Assembly (NCBI GenBank): GCA_035539655.1
Contig: DATLIC010000119.1
Span: 29,257-93,256 of the forward strand
Direction of reading: 5' to 3'
DNA from: Kofleriaceae bacterium
Lineage (GTDB): Bacteria > Myxococcota_A > Polyangia > Haliangiales > Haliangiaceae
Length of the DNA: 64,000 nucleotides
In this document: positions 1 to 9,520 of the stretch, in pieces
How the letters are laid out: the number at the start of each line of letters is the position of its first letter
Numbering within the stretch: the stretch's first letter is position 1
Made by a program: the position numbers and the translations under genes
The notes under the pieces: model-generated
Seen by the model: the letters and a program-made list of their open reading frames with translations, nothing else
Database searches by the model: none
What the model was told of the DNA's origin: nothing

Positions 1-3000
1 GCGCCAGCGCCGCGCCTTGTAGCGGTTCTCGCCGAGCGCGAGCTTGATCAGCAGGTGACCGCGGTGCAGGCGGTCGGCGGTGAGCAGGGTCTCGTAGGCG
101 TCGTCGTCGCGGCCGAGCTTCTCGTAGGCCTGGGCCAGCCGGCGGTGGAGCTCGGCGATCACCGCCGGGGTCGAGCCGGGCACGCCCTCGGCGAGGGTGT
201 CCTTGAGGAAGCCCTCGAGGTCGTCCCAGCGCTGGGCGTCGGCGTAGAGGTCGGCGAGGGCGATCAACGCCGGCACGTGGCCGGCGTCGGCGTCGAGCGC
301 CTCGGACAGCCGGCGCTCGGCGACCAGCTCGACGCCGGCGTGGCGGGCGAGCGCGGCCAGCTGGGTCAGGATGCGCGCGCGCTCGCTCGGCTCGAGCGGG
401 CCGGCCTCGAGCCGGCCCTCGAGCAGCCTGGCCGCGGTCTCGGGATCGCCGCCCTGCTCGATCAGGCCGGCGAGGGCCCAGATCGCGTCGGCGTGGTAGG
501 CGCGCAGGGCCAGGATGCGCTCGAACGTGGCGCGCGCGGCGGCCGGGTCGGCGACCCGGTCGCGCTGGGCGACGCCGGCGGCGTAGAGCGCGTCGACCTT
601 GATGTCGTCGTCGGTGGCGGCGTCGGCCTCGCGCAGCTTGGCGGCGACGAACGCGCGCGGATCGTCGTCGGCGGTGGTCAGCTTGCCGAGCGCGGCCAGC
701 GCGGTCGGGTGCTGGGGGACCAGCTCGATCGCGCGGTCGAGGGCCTTGCGGGCGCCGGCCGGGTCGCCGAGGCCGTCGGCGCGGACCTGGGCCAGGCGGA
801 TGTGGAGCGCGGCCAGATCGCCGGCGCCGAGGCCACGGTCGCGCGCGCCGGCGATGCGGCCCTCGAGCACGGCGGCGGCCTCGCGGTGGCGGGCGGCGGC
901 GACCAGGGCGGTGACCAGCCGGTCGGCGAGGTCGGCGTCCTCGGGCAGGATGGTGCGCGCGTGGCGCAGCGCGGTCGCCGCCTCCTCGGGCGCGTTCAGC
1001 CAGTCGATCAGGATCGCCGCGCGCCGGGCGAGCAGGCGGGCGCGATCCTCGGCGGCGCCGGCCAGCGCGGCTCGGCGGCGCAGGACCTCGACCAGATCGG
1101 TCCACCGCGCCTGGGCCTCGCACAGGCGATCGAGCGAGGCGAACGCGTCGGCGTCGTCGGGCCACTGGGCGACGAGCTGCTGCAGGGTCTCGATCGCCCG
1201 CTCGGGCAGCTCGAGCTCGGCCTCGTAGATCACCGCGACCTTGCGCAGCGCCTCGCGCGCCTCGGGCGTGCCGTCGGCGATCTCGCCGATACGGGCGTGG
1301 GTCTCGATTCACCTTCGACCACCGGCCGACGCGGGCGTACAGGCCGCCGAGATCGCGCAGCACGCCGACGTCGGTCGGCGCCAGCTGGCGCAGGCGCTCG
1401 AGGGTGTCGATGCCGTCGTGGGGGTGGCCGAGGTGGTCGGTGTAGATCGCGGCCAGCTCGCGCAACAGCGCCGGCCGCTCGGCCTCGGGCGCGGCGGTGC
1501 CCAGGCGCGGATCGGTGCGCTCCTCGAGCGACGCGGCCAGCTCGATCCACCGGCCGCCGGCGCGGTACAGGGTCTCGAGCCGGGCCCGCGCGTTGCCGTC
1601 GTCGGGGCGCATGCCGAGGATGCGGCGGTACTGGGCCTCGGCCTTGCTCGGCTGGCCCTGGCGCTCGCGGATCGCCGCCACCTCGAGCAGGAGATCGGCG
1701 GCCGCCTCGGCGGTGTGGGCGTCCTCGCCGAGCGTCTCGTAGAGGTCGGCCAGGCGATCCCACTCGTCGTGGTCGGCGGCCAGCCGGTGCAGGCGGGCGC
1801 GGGCCTCGCCGTCGCCGCCGTCGGGCGCCTTGCCGTCGCGCCGCCCGAGCGCGCGCGACAGGGTATCGAACGCGCGCGGGATGTCGTGGGCGCCGTTCTC
1901 CCACGCGTCGGCGGCGCGGTACAGCCAGCGGGTCTTGGCGGCGGCGTCGGGGGCCGGCAGCGAGTCGTAGGCAGCGGCCAGCTCCTCCCACGGCGACTCG
2001 TAGGCGCGGATCAGCAGCTGGGGCAGGGGCGGGCGGCGCACCGAGGCCTGGGCCTTCCGCGGCGCCGCCGGCGGCGGCACGCTCGGGCCGGTCGCGGTCA
2101 CCGGCGCGCCGCGCGGCTCGATGCGCGGCGCCTTGGGCGGCGGCGGCGGCAGCTTCGTCCGGGAACCGGACACACCGGGCAGGCCGGGCAGCCCGGGCAG
2201 GCCACCGCCGGTGCGCGGCGCCGGCTTCATCACCGCGCTGGCCGGGGCCAGATCGGAGATGTCGAGCTCCATGGTCTTGTCGTTGCGCTCGGCGCGGGTC
2301 GGGACGACCGTGACCGGGCGCTTGGACACCGGATAGAGGCCGGAGCTGGCCGACGCCGGCAGCAGCTCGTCGAGGTCGATGGGCTGGGTCGAGTCGCCGA
2401 CCCGGAAGGCGTCGTCGTCGTCCTCGGACTCGATCACCGGCGAGATGGTCACCCCGCGGCGCAGATCGGAGTCGCCCAGCTCCTGGGTCGAGTCGCGGCG
2501 GACCCGGCCGCTCGGCGACGCCGCGACCGCGACCGGCACCGGCGCGCTGCGCATCGCGAACATCGGCCCGGCCGGCGCCGCGCCGTCGTCGCGCGGATCG
2601 CCGCGGCCGTCGTGGATGATCGCCGGCGCCGCCTCCGGCTTGGGCGTGCGATCGACCTCGCGGTAGCGCCCGATCGCCCGGGCCAGCCGCCACAGGTGGG
2701 CGAGCGTGTCGGGATCCTCGGGCGCGAGCAGGAAGCCGACCAGGTGGCCGCGGAACGCGCGCGGCAGATCCTTGAGCTGCTCCTCGATCACCTGGGCGCG
2801 GCGGCGCAGCGCGGCCAGCCGATCGGCGCCGTCGGCGCGCTCGGCCAGCGCCGCCTCGACGGCGATCACGTCGCTCCAGGTCCGGTTCTTCTCGGCCAGC
2901 CGGTACAGGCCGGTGCGCAGGTCGTCGCGATCGGGGGCCCACGCGAACGCGGCCAGCAGCTCGGTCGCGGCCTGCTTGGGCTCGCCGAGGCGCTCGTCGA

Positions 3001-6000
3001 GCACGCGCGCCTTCTTCTGGTGCAGCTCGACCCGGCCGGCCGTGGTCGCCGCGCGCAGCGCGACGTCGTAGCCGTCGGTGAGCTGCTTCCACAGCGGGCG
3101 CTGATCGCCCTCGGCGGCCAGGCGCTCGGCCTCGGCCAGCAGCGCGCCGTCGCGCGGCGCCACCACCAGCGCCTCGAGCAGCGCGGTCATCGCGCGCGGC
3201 CGATCCGACAGGCGGCGCTCGCATACCGTGGCCAGCTCGCGGCTGGCCGCCACGTAGGCGTCGACGTCCGACGGCACCCCGCCGCCGCCGGCGGCGAGCA
3301 GGCGACGGCGCTCGTCGCTCCACACCTCGGCCAGCTCGCGCCACAGGCCGTAGGCCTCGGCGGCGCGCTTGAGCTCGGCCAGCGTGGTCGCGTCGGGCGC
3401 CTCGTCGTGGGCGCGCCGCCAGTGCTTGAAACCGGCCTTGTGGTCGCCGAGCTTCTCGGCGGTGAGGGTGGCCAGCCGGGCCAGCAGGCCCTTGCGCTGA
3501 CGCACGTCCTCGGCCCGCGCCAGGCGGCGCTCGAGCACCCGCGCGGCGTTCTTGTAGTCGCCCAGCCGCTCGTGCAGATCGGCGGCGGCGGCCAGCGCCT
3601 CGTCGTGCTGCGGATCGATGGCCAGGACGCGCTCGTAGGCCTGCAGCGCGCGCGCGGGATCGCCGAGGCGATCGCGGCAGACCACGCCGATCTCGAGGGC
3701 GCGGACCACCTTGGCCTGCGGCTCGCCGACCAGGTACAGCTCGCGCTCGGCGACCTTGACGGCGGCCTGGTAGTCGCCGCGCACCTCGTGCAGGCGGCGC
3801 AGCATGGTGTGGGCGTCGAGATCGGTCGGATCGAGCTCGGAGACCAGCCGCTCGAGCTGGCGGATCGCGTCCTCGGTCGCACCCAGCCGCTCGGCCAGCA
3901 CGGTCGCCCGCTCGCGCGCGGCGGCGGTGGCGCGGGCGACGTCGTCGACCGCGAACACCTCGACGTGCACCCACAGCAGCTCGGCCAGCTCGCGGTAGCG
4001 CGCCGCGCCGCGATACAGGCGGGCCAGCGCGTCGAGCGCGGCGCGGTCGCGCGGGGTCGCCTCGCGCAGCCGCTCCCACGCCTTGATCGCCCGCTGGCCG
4101 TCGCCGAGCTTGCCGTCGACGACCGCGGCGTAGCGGGCGAGGTCGCGGGCGCGCAGCGCGGCGGCGGTCGAGCCGGGCGCCGGCGGCGGCGTGGTCGACG
4201 GATAGCGGACGGCGTCGAGCCGCTCGAGCACGCTGGCCAGTTCGCCCCACCGCTGCGCCCGCTCGTACAGGTCGGCGACCGCGGCGAGGATCTCCTCGTC
4301 GGTGGGCGCGGCCTTGAGCGCCTGCTCCCAGCGATCGAGCGCGCGGGCGTCGTCGCCGGCCTCGGTCGCCATCCGGGCCAGCCGGCGCAGCACCCGCGCT
4401 CGCTCGGCCGGCCCGGTCGCCGATGCCGCGTGGTACTCGAGCGTCTGCTCGAGGCGCTCCTTGTCGCCGGCCTGCTCGAGCACGCGCTCCATGCGATCGA
4501 GCGCGTCGCGGTCGCCGGGCAGGATCTCGAGGATGCCGCCGCACGCGAACACCACGCCGTCGGCGTCGGCCAGCCGGGTCTCGCACATCGCGGCCAGCCG
4601 GCGCAGCATGGTCAGGCGCTCGACCCGCTTGCCGACCGGCCACTCGCGGGCCGCGGTCGGCGGCTTGCCGGCGGCCGCCATGTCGTCGGCGAGCCGGCGG
4701 GCGTCGAGCTCGAGCTGGCGGCGCAGGGTGCGGGCCAGGCCGGCGTCGTCGCCCTCGCGCTCGTACAGCTCGGTCAGGGCCTTGAGCGCGCCGTCGTCGT
4801 CGGGCGACAGGTCGAGGACCTCCTCGTACAGCGAGATCGCGCGGCGCGGCTCGACCTGGCGCTCGCGGTAGGTCTGGGCGATCCGCCGCAGCGTGCCGGC
4901 CCGCTCGCTCGACGACGCCGCGGCCTGGGCCTCGCCGTCGAGCACCGCGACCAGCTGCTCCCACATCTTGGCCCGCGCCGACAGCCGGCGGACCGCCTCG
5001 CGCGCCTTGGGGCTGCCCGGCTCGATCTCCTCGATGCGGCGCCAGGCGTCGAGCGCGCGCGGCACGTCGCCGAGGCGCAGCTCGCAGATCTGGGCGATCT
5101 CCTCGAGCCGGCGGACCAGCTCGGCCGGCGGCGCGCCGGCGTCGCGGGCGTTCTCGAGCGAGAACTCGTACAGGTCGGCCAGGCCGCGGAAGTCGCGCCG
5201 CTCGCGGAAGTGCTCGACGTAGCGGGCGAGCGCGTCCTCGTTGCTCGGATCGAGCGACAGCGCCTGGTGGAGCAGCTCGGCGGCCTTGTCCTTGTCGCCG
5301 AGGTGCTCGCGGGTGAGCGCGGCCAGATCGAGGATCTCGATCACCTGCGCCCGCGGATCGTCGGCGAGGCCGGCCAGGTCGCGCTCGACCAGCGCGGCCA
5401 GCTCCGACCAGCGCTGGTCCTCGCGCAGGAGCTGGCGCAGGCGGGTCGCGGCCGCGCCGCGCGGCGGCTCGTGCAGCGTCAGCTCGGTGAGCGCGGCGAT
5501 CAGGGCGGCCCGATCGGGGCGCTCGCGCTCGTGGAGGGCGATCTTGCGCTGCAGCAGCGCGACCCGCTCGGCCTCGTCCTCGGTGAGCGCGATGCGCTGG
5601 GCCAGGACGCGCTCGAGCTCCTCCCACTTGCCGGCGGCGCGCAGCGCCTCCTCGAGCTGGGTGGTGGCGACCGGGTCGAACGGATCGACGCCGACCGCGC
5701 GGCGCAGGAACGCCAGGCCCTGCTCGGTCTCGGCCCGGCCGAGCGCGGCCTTGCCGAGGTCCATGTAGATCGCGCCGGCCTTGCGGGTGCCGGCCGCCGG
5801 ATCCTCGGCGGCCTGGGTCCAGGTCGGCGACGCGTAGACCTCGGCCAGCGCCTCGCGGGCCTGGGCCAGCTCGCCGTCGAGGCGCAGCGCCTTCTCGAGC
5901 GCGGCGGCGGCGGCGGCCGCGTCGCCGCGGCGCAGCTCGATCTTGCCGAGCGCGAGCCACAGCTGGGCGCGGCCGGGCGCCGGCGCCTTGTCGCCGAGCA

Positions 6001-6661
6001 CGTCGAGCTCGGCGCGGTACAGCTTGGCGACCATGGCGTCGTCGCCGAGCGAGGCGTAGAGCGTGCGGGCGGCGGCCAGCGCGTCGGTGCGCTCGGGCTC
6101 GAGCCGCCACGCCTGCTGCCAGTGGTAGAGCGCGCGATCGACGCGGCCGAGGTGCTCGTCCCAGACCTGGGCGGCCAGGCGATGGCGGGTGGCTCGCCGG
6201 GCCATCGCCGCCTTGTCGGCCTGGGTCGGCCGCGGCGTCGGCTTGGAGGCCGAGTCGGCGCGGCGCGACAGCTCGCCGAGCTCACCCTCGAGGACGTCGC
6301 CGGCCTCGGCGTACTTGCCGGTGGCGAGGAACATCTCGACCAGGCGCGCGCACGCGCGATCGCTGGCCGGCTCGAGCGCCACCGCCGCGCGCAGGTCGCG
6401 CTCGGCGAGGGCGACCTGGCCATGGACGGCGCGGGCCTCGCCGGCCTCCGCCCAGATCTCGGCGGCCTTGGTCGGGTTGGGCTCGAACGGCGCCCGCAGC
6501 TCGCACACCTCGGCGAGCGCCTCGCCCTGGCCGCCGTCGCGCAGCGACCGCCGCAAGGTCTCGAACCTTCGCTCGTCGCGAGGGTCCTTGCGGAAGGCAT
6601 CGACGTCGGCGACCGCGAACGGCGTCGGCCGGGTCGGAGTGTCGTCGTGGCGCTGGCTCAC
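1..6661 (-). CDS. Giant TPR-repeat protein (>2200 codons). The 3' end runs off the window and the reading frame is broken by a 1-nt frameshift near 1306-1312.
   Basis: It is absent from the ORF track because neither coding frame closes inside the window. GTG at 6661 is the first start after the in-frame TAA at 6701-6703. My translation reads MSQRHDDTPTRPTPFAVADVDAFRKDPRDERRFETLRRSL...AEIWAEAGEARAVHGQVALAERDLRAAVALEP...LYHWQQAWRLEPERTDALAAARTLYASLGDDAMVAKLYRAELDVLGDK. Codons are GC3-rich and the sequence is TPR-like throughout. The coding frame has coordinate mod 3 = 1 from 6661 to 1310 and mod 3 = 0 from 1308 to 1. Confidence 0.8.
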   Translation of the reverse strand, partial: MSQRHDDTPTRPTPFAVADVDAFRKDPRDERRFETLRRSLRDGGQGEALAEVCELRAPFEPNPTKAAEIWAEAGEARAVHGQVALAERDLRAAVALEPASDRACARLVEMFLATGKYAEAGDVLEGELGELSRRADSASKPTPRPTQADKAAMARRATRHRLAAQVWDEHLGRVDRALYHWQQAWRLEPERTDALAAARTLYASLGDDAMVAKLYRAELDVLGDKAPAPGRAQLWLALGKIELRRGDAAAAAAALEKALRLDGELAQAREALAEVYASPTWTQAAEDPAAGTRKAGAIYMDLGKAALGRAETEQGLAFLRRAVGVDPFDPVATTQLEEALRAAGKWEELERVLAQRIALTEDEAERVALLQRKIALHERERPDRAALIAALTELTLHEPPRGAAATRLRQLLREDQRWSELAALVERDLAGLADDPRAQVIEILDLAALTREHLGDKDKAAELLHQALSLDPSNEDALARYVEHFRERRDFRGLADLYEFSLENARDAGAPPAELVRRLEEIAQICELRLGDVPRALDAWRRIEEIEPGSPKAREAVRRLSARAKMWEQLVAVLDGEAQAAASSSERAGTLRRIAQTYRERQVEPRRAISLYEEVLDLSPDDDGALKALTELYEREGDDAGLARTLRRQLELDARRLADDMAAAGKPPTAAREWPVGKRVERLTMLRRLAAMCETRLADADGVVFACGGILEILPGDRDALDRMERVLEQAGDKERLEQTLEYHAASATGPAERARVLRRLARMATEAGDDARALDRWEQALKAAPTDEEILAAVADLYERAQRWGELASVLERLDAVRYPSTTPPPAPGSTAAALRARDLARYAAVVDGKLGDGQRAIKAWERLREATPRDRAALDALARLYRGAARYRELAELLWVHVEVFAVDDVARATAAARERATVLAERLGATEDAIRQLERLVSELDPTDLDAHTMLRRLHEVRGDYQAAVKVAERELYLVGEPQAKVVRALEIGVVCRDRLGDPARALQAYERVLAIDPQHDEALAAAADLHERLGDYKNAARVLERRLARAEDVRQRKGLLARLATLTAEKLGDHKAGFKHWRRAHDEAPDATTLAELKRAAEAYGLWRELAEVWSDERRRLLAAGGGGVPSDVDAYVAASRELATVCERRLSDRPRAMTALLEALVVAPRDGALLAEAERLAAEGDQRPLWKQLTDGYDVALRAATTAGRVELHQKKARVLDERLGEPKQAATELLAAFAWAPDRDDLRTGLYRLAEKNRTWSDVIAVEAALAERADGADRLAALRRRAQVIEEQLKDLPRAFRGHLVGFLLAPEDPDTLAHLWRLARAIGRYREVDRTPKPEAAPAIIHDGRGDPRDDGAAPAGPMFAMRSAPVPVAVAASPSGRVRRDSTQELGDSDLRRGVTISPVIESEDDDDAFRVGDSTQPIDLDELLPASASSGLYPVSKRPVTVVPTRAERNDKTMELDISDLAPASAVMKPAPRTGGGLPGLPGLPGVSGSRTKLPPPPPKAPRIEPRGAPVTATGPSVPPPAAPRKAQASVRRPPLPQLLIRAYESPWEELAAAYDSLPAPDAAAKTRWLYRAADAWENGAHDIPRAFDTLSRALGRRDGKAPDGGDGEARARLHRLAADHDEWDRLADLYETLGEDAHTAEAAADLLLEVAAIRERQGQPSKAEAQYRRILGMRPDDGNARARLETLYRAGGRWIELAASLEERTDPRLGTAAPEAERPALLRELAAIYTDHLGHPHDGIDTLERLRQLAPTDVGVLRDLGGLYARVGRWSKVNRDPRPYRRDRRRHARGARGAAQGRGDLRGRARAARAGDRDPAAARRPVARRRRRVRLARSPVRGPGAVDRSGRGPAPPSRAGRRRRGSRPPARPARGDPDRLAERARGGGDRAAPRAHHPARGRRPRRPAGHRPGRRRPPPRGRRRARGPHRRRARPWPRRRRSGRAPHPPGPGPRRRPRRPGRRPQGPRPRDRAGPPAPDRAGRARQADHRRRRSARVRRRQAARGRRRHRRRHQGRRALRRRRRPARPGRRPGRRARHVRAHPGPARLPRRRDLGPRRPDRAGRRSRDRGQAARGPARGRPARAERARAHPDPAGRARPPRRRRAGRRAPAVRGARRRRRPRAGVDRPRRPLRRRPALGRPRGLPQGHPRRGRARLDPGGDRRAPPPAGPGLREARPRRRRLRDPAHRRPPAPRSPADQARARREPLQGAALA

Positions 6662-6705
6662 GCGGTGCGTCCGAGCGTAACACCGCGATGGGGAAGATGG
6701 TTAGG

Positions 6706-6731
6706 GCGGGCCCCGCATAAGCGAGGCCCGC
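6706..6731 (-). terminator. Weak GC hairpin downstream of the desaturase gene
   Basis: gcgggcc (6706-6712) pairs with ggcccgc (6725-6731) around a 12-nt loop, 11 nt after the desaturase stop. There is no clear U-tract. Confidence 0.25.
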
Positions 6732-6741
6732 GTTCGTCGCC

Positions 6742-7647
6742 TCAGGCGGCCTGGTCGAGGCCCATCGACGCGGACGGCTCGCCGGCCGGCGCGGCGTCGT
6801 GCTTGCGCTTGCCCAGGCGCACGTGCTCCGGCACACCACGCACGTCCCAGATGAGGCCGACCGCGGCCATCGCGCGCAGGATGTAGTAGGTCACGTCGAC
6901 CTCCCACCAGAAGAATCCCTGGCGCGCCGACGACTGGTAGTGGTGGTGGTTGTTGTGCCAGCCCTCGCCCATGGTGAGCAGCGCGAGCACGGGGTTGTTG
7001 CGCGAGTCGTCGCCCGACTCGTAGCGCCGGCGGCCCCAGACGTGGGACAGCGAGTTGATCGTGAAGGTGCCGTGCCACGACAGCATCTGCGGCAGCATGA
7101 ACGCGAACACCAGGCCGAACCAGCCGCCGAGCAGGTAGCTGGCGACGCCGATCGCGACCGGCAGCACGAACCAGGTGCGCTCGAGCGCGCGCAGCTCGGG
7201 GTAGCGGGCGAAGTCCTTGACCTTGTCGAGGTCGGTGCCCTCGAAGTCGCGGCACATCATCCAGCCCATGTGCGACCACCAGAACCCGCCGTGGTACGGC
7301 GAGTGGATGTCGAGCTCGGTGTCCGACGCCTGATGATGGCGGCGGTGGTGCGCCGCCCACCACAAGGCGCCCTTCTGACCGGCGGCGACCGCGCCGAGCG
7401 CCAGCAGGAACTGCATCGGCCGCGAGGTCTTGTAGGTCCGGTGCGAGAAATAGCGATGGAGCACGCCGGTGACGAAGAACAACCGGGCGTAGTACATGCC
7501 GACCACCCAGGCGACGGCCGACCACGAGAAGCCGAGGGCGATCGCCCCGGCCACCGCGGCCACGTGCACGCCCCAGTAGGGGATCGACATCACGTTGAAG
7601 TAGATCGAGCGCCAACCCTGCGACTGCGCGGCGCGTGCGGTCTGCAT
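6742..7647 (-). CDS. Acyl-CoA (delta-9-type) fatty acid desaturase
   Basis: 301-aa ORF carrying the three histidine boxes of membrane desaturases (HRYFSH, HHRRHH, HNNHHH) plus hydrophobic segments. Confidence 0.95.
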   Translation of the reverse strand: MQTARAAQSQGWRSIYFNVMSIPYWGVHVAAVAGAIALGFSWSAVAWVVGMYYARLFFVTGVLHRYFSHRTYKTSRPMQFLLALGAVAAGQKGALWWAAHHRRHHQASDTELDIHSPYHGGFWWSHMGWMMCRDFEGTDLDKVKDFARYPELRALERTWFVLPVAIGVASYLLGGWFGLVFAFMLPQMLSWHGTFTINSLSHVWGRRRYESGDDSRNNPVLALLTMGEGWHNNHHHYQSSARQGFFWWEVDVTYYILRAMAAVGLIWDVRGVPEHVRLGKRKHDAAPAGEPSASMGLDQAA

Positions 7648-7765
7648 ATCTTCGGTCTAGCGCCGACGGAGAAAGCAGGGCTCCAGCGCTCGGTCATCGT
7701 TTGGTCATGGTGACGGCCATGCCGCGATGCACCGCGTCAGGTGTCGCAACCTCGCGTCGCGACAG

Positions 7766-8410
7766 TCACTCGATCGCCGCGGTCAGCTCGCCCGGGTGGT
7801 CGACGACCACGTCGGCCCCGGCCTCGAGCAGCTCGGCGCGCGGGCGGAACCCCCAGGTTACCCCGACCGCGCGCATGCCGGCGGCGCGGCCGGTCGCCAC
7901 GTCGATCGCCGAGTCGCCCACGAACGCGCAGCGCGCCGGCGCGACCCCGAGCGCGGTGGCGGTGGCCAGGGCCGCGGTCGGGTCGGGCTTGAGCGGGACG
8001 CCGGCGCGCTGGCCGCTGACCGCGGCGAACGGCCAGGCGCCGAGCAGGCGCGCGGCGATGAGCCGGGTCAGCTCGTCGGGCTTGTTGGACAGGATCGCGA
8101 ACGACCGGCCGGGCCGGGCCAGCGCGTCGAGCGCCGCGGCGAGGCCGTCGTACAGCCGGGTATGGACGATCGGCTGGGCCCGGTAGCGGTCGCGGAAGTG
8201 GCCGAGCACGCGATCGACGTCGGCGCGGCCGGCGACCGCGCGGGCGACCAGGCTGCGCGCGCCGTCGCCGATCCACGACCGCACCTCGGGGAGGCTCGGC
8301 GGCGGCAGCCCGGCGTCGCCGAGCGCACCGCCGAGGGCGGCTGCGATGTCGTCGAGGCTGTCGACCAGGGTGCCATCGAGATCGAAGATGACGGCCCCGA
8401 TCGTTTGCAT
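7766..8410 (-). CDS. HAD-superfamily hydrolase, phosphoglycolate phosphatase-like
   Basis: This is the C-terminal 214 aa of track ORF 7766..9739, starting at ATG 8410 (MQTIGAVIFDLDGTLVDS). It has HAD motif I DxDGT, then SNK, then GDSxxD. The upstream part of the track ORF is Arg-rich antisense of the AKR gene. Confidence 0.85.
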   Translation of the reverse strand: MQTIGAVIFDLDGTLVDSLDDIAAALGGALGDAGLPPPSLPEVRSWIGDGARSLVARAVAGRADVDRVLGHFRDRYRAQPIVHTRLYDGLAAALDALARPGRSFAILSNKPDELTRLIAARLLGAWPFAAVSGQRAGVPLKPDPTAALATATALGVAPARCAFVGDSAIDVATGRAAGMRAVGVTWGFRPRAELLEAGADVVVDHPGELTAAIE

Positions 8411-8491
8411 CACGGCAGGATACCAGCGCGGTGGCCGGTGGGATTCCGGAGTCGAGCCCATCGAGTAGGCTGCGCGGCAAGGAGACCCATC

Positions 8492-9520
8492 ATGGAATAC
8501 CGGAACCTCGGAGCGAGCGGCGTGAAGGTGTCGGCCCTGTGCCTGGGCGCGATGACGTTCGGCGAGGCCGACGAGAAGTCGTTCATGCACCAGGTCAGCG
8601 CCGACGAGGCGACCGCGCACGCGATCCTCGATCGCGCGGTCGCCGCCGGCATCAACTTCGTCGACACCGCCGACGTCTACGGCCAGGACGGCCTGTCGGA
8701 GCGGGTGATCGGCAACTGGTTCGCCGCCGGCGCCGGGCGCCGCGATCAGCTGGTGCTGGCGACCAAGTTCCGCTTCACCATGGGCGACGGGCCCAACAAG
8801 GCCGGCGCCTCGCGCTTCCGCATCGTCCGCTGCGTCGAGGACAGCCTGCGCCGGCTGCGCACGGATCGCATCGACCTCTACCAGATCCACATGCAGGACC
8901 TGAGCACGCCCGAGGACGAGACCCTGCGCGCGCTCGACGATCTGGTCCGCGCCGGCAAGGTGCTGTACCTCGGCGTGTCGAACTACGCCGCCTACCGGCT
9001 GGCCGACAGCCTGTGGCGGGCCAAGACCGAGCGGCTGACGCGGTGGGTGACGCTGCAGGCCCAGTACAGCCTGGCCGTGCGCGACCTCGAGCGCGAGCAC
9101 GTCCCGCTGTGCCGGCAGTGGGGCCTCGGCATCCTGCCGTGGTCGCCGCTCGCCGGCGGCTTCCTGTCGGGCAAGTACCGCAAGGACGCGCCGCCGCCGG
9201 CCGGCGCCCGCCTCGATCGGTGGAAGGACCGCTTCGGCCGCTACGACAACCCGCGCAACTGGGCGATCCTCGCCGCGCTCGACGCCGTCGGCGCCGAGGT
9301 CGGCGCGTCGCCGGCGCAGGTCGCGCTGGCCTGGCTGCTGCACAAGCCGCAGGTGTGCAGCGTCATCTTCGGCGCCCGCACCGTCGCCCAGCTCGACGAC
9401 AACCTGCCGGCCGCCGAGCTGAAGCTGTCGGCCGAGGCGATCGCGCGCCTCGACGACGCCAGCAGGTTCGAGCTCGGCTACCCGTACGAGTTCATGGCCC
9501 AGGTGCAGGGCGGCTGGTAG
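8492..9520 (+). CDS. Aldo/keto reductase (Tas/YajO-like NADP-dependent oxidoreductase)
   Basis: ATG 8492 is preceded by aaggag at 8479-8484. The protein reads [24 protein letters not shown]...[11 protein letters not shown]...[10 protein letters not shown]...[18 protein letters not shown], typical AKR motifs. It lies in frame inside track ORF 7727..9520. Confidence 0.93.
   Translation: MEYRNLGASGVKVSALCLGAMTFGEADEKSFMHQVSADEATAHAILDRAVAAGINFVDTADVYGQDGLSERVIGNWFAAGAGRRDQLVLATKFRFTMGDGPNKAGASRFRIVRCVEDSLRRLRTDRIDLYQIHMQDLSTPEDETLRALDDLVRAGKVLYLGVSNYAAYRLADSLWRAKTERLTRWVTLQAQYSLAVRDLEREHVPLCRQWGLGILPWSPLAGGFLSGKYRKDAPPPAGARLDRWKDRFGRYDNPRNWAILAALDAVGAEVGASPAQVALAWLLHKPQVCSVIFGARTVAQLDDNLPAAELKLSAEAIARLDDASRFELGYPYEFMAQVQGGW

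Noticed and set aside
1300-1320. Programmed ribosomal frameshifting in the TPR gene.
   Set aside because: There is no slippery X XXY YYZ motif, no rare or stop codon in the zero frame at the site, and no obvious downstream pseudoknot. A simple 1-nt indel is more parsimonious.
1230-6886. Very long track ORFs 1241..6886 (+, 1881 aa), 1230..6110 (-, 1626 aa) and 55..2313 (+).
   Set aside because: Their translations are Arg/Ala/Gly/Pro-rich low-complexity strings with no GC3 bias. They are antisense or off-frame shadows of the TPR gene. The same applies to 9552..12404, 32193..35516, 32855..35683, 37656..41594, 40958..44209, 44665..49191, 45654..52517, 56788..58578 and similar ORFs.
9492-9520. 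The 29-nt 3' overlap of the convergent aldo/keto reductase and ADP-ribosylglycohydrolase genes as a regulatory antisense feature.
   Set aside because: Short convergent overlaps are common in compact high-GC genomes, and nothing else in the sequence supports a special role.
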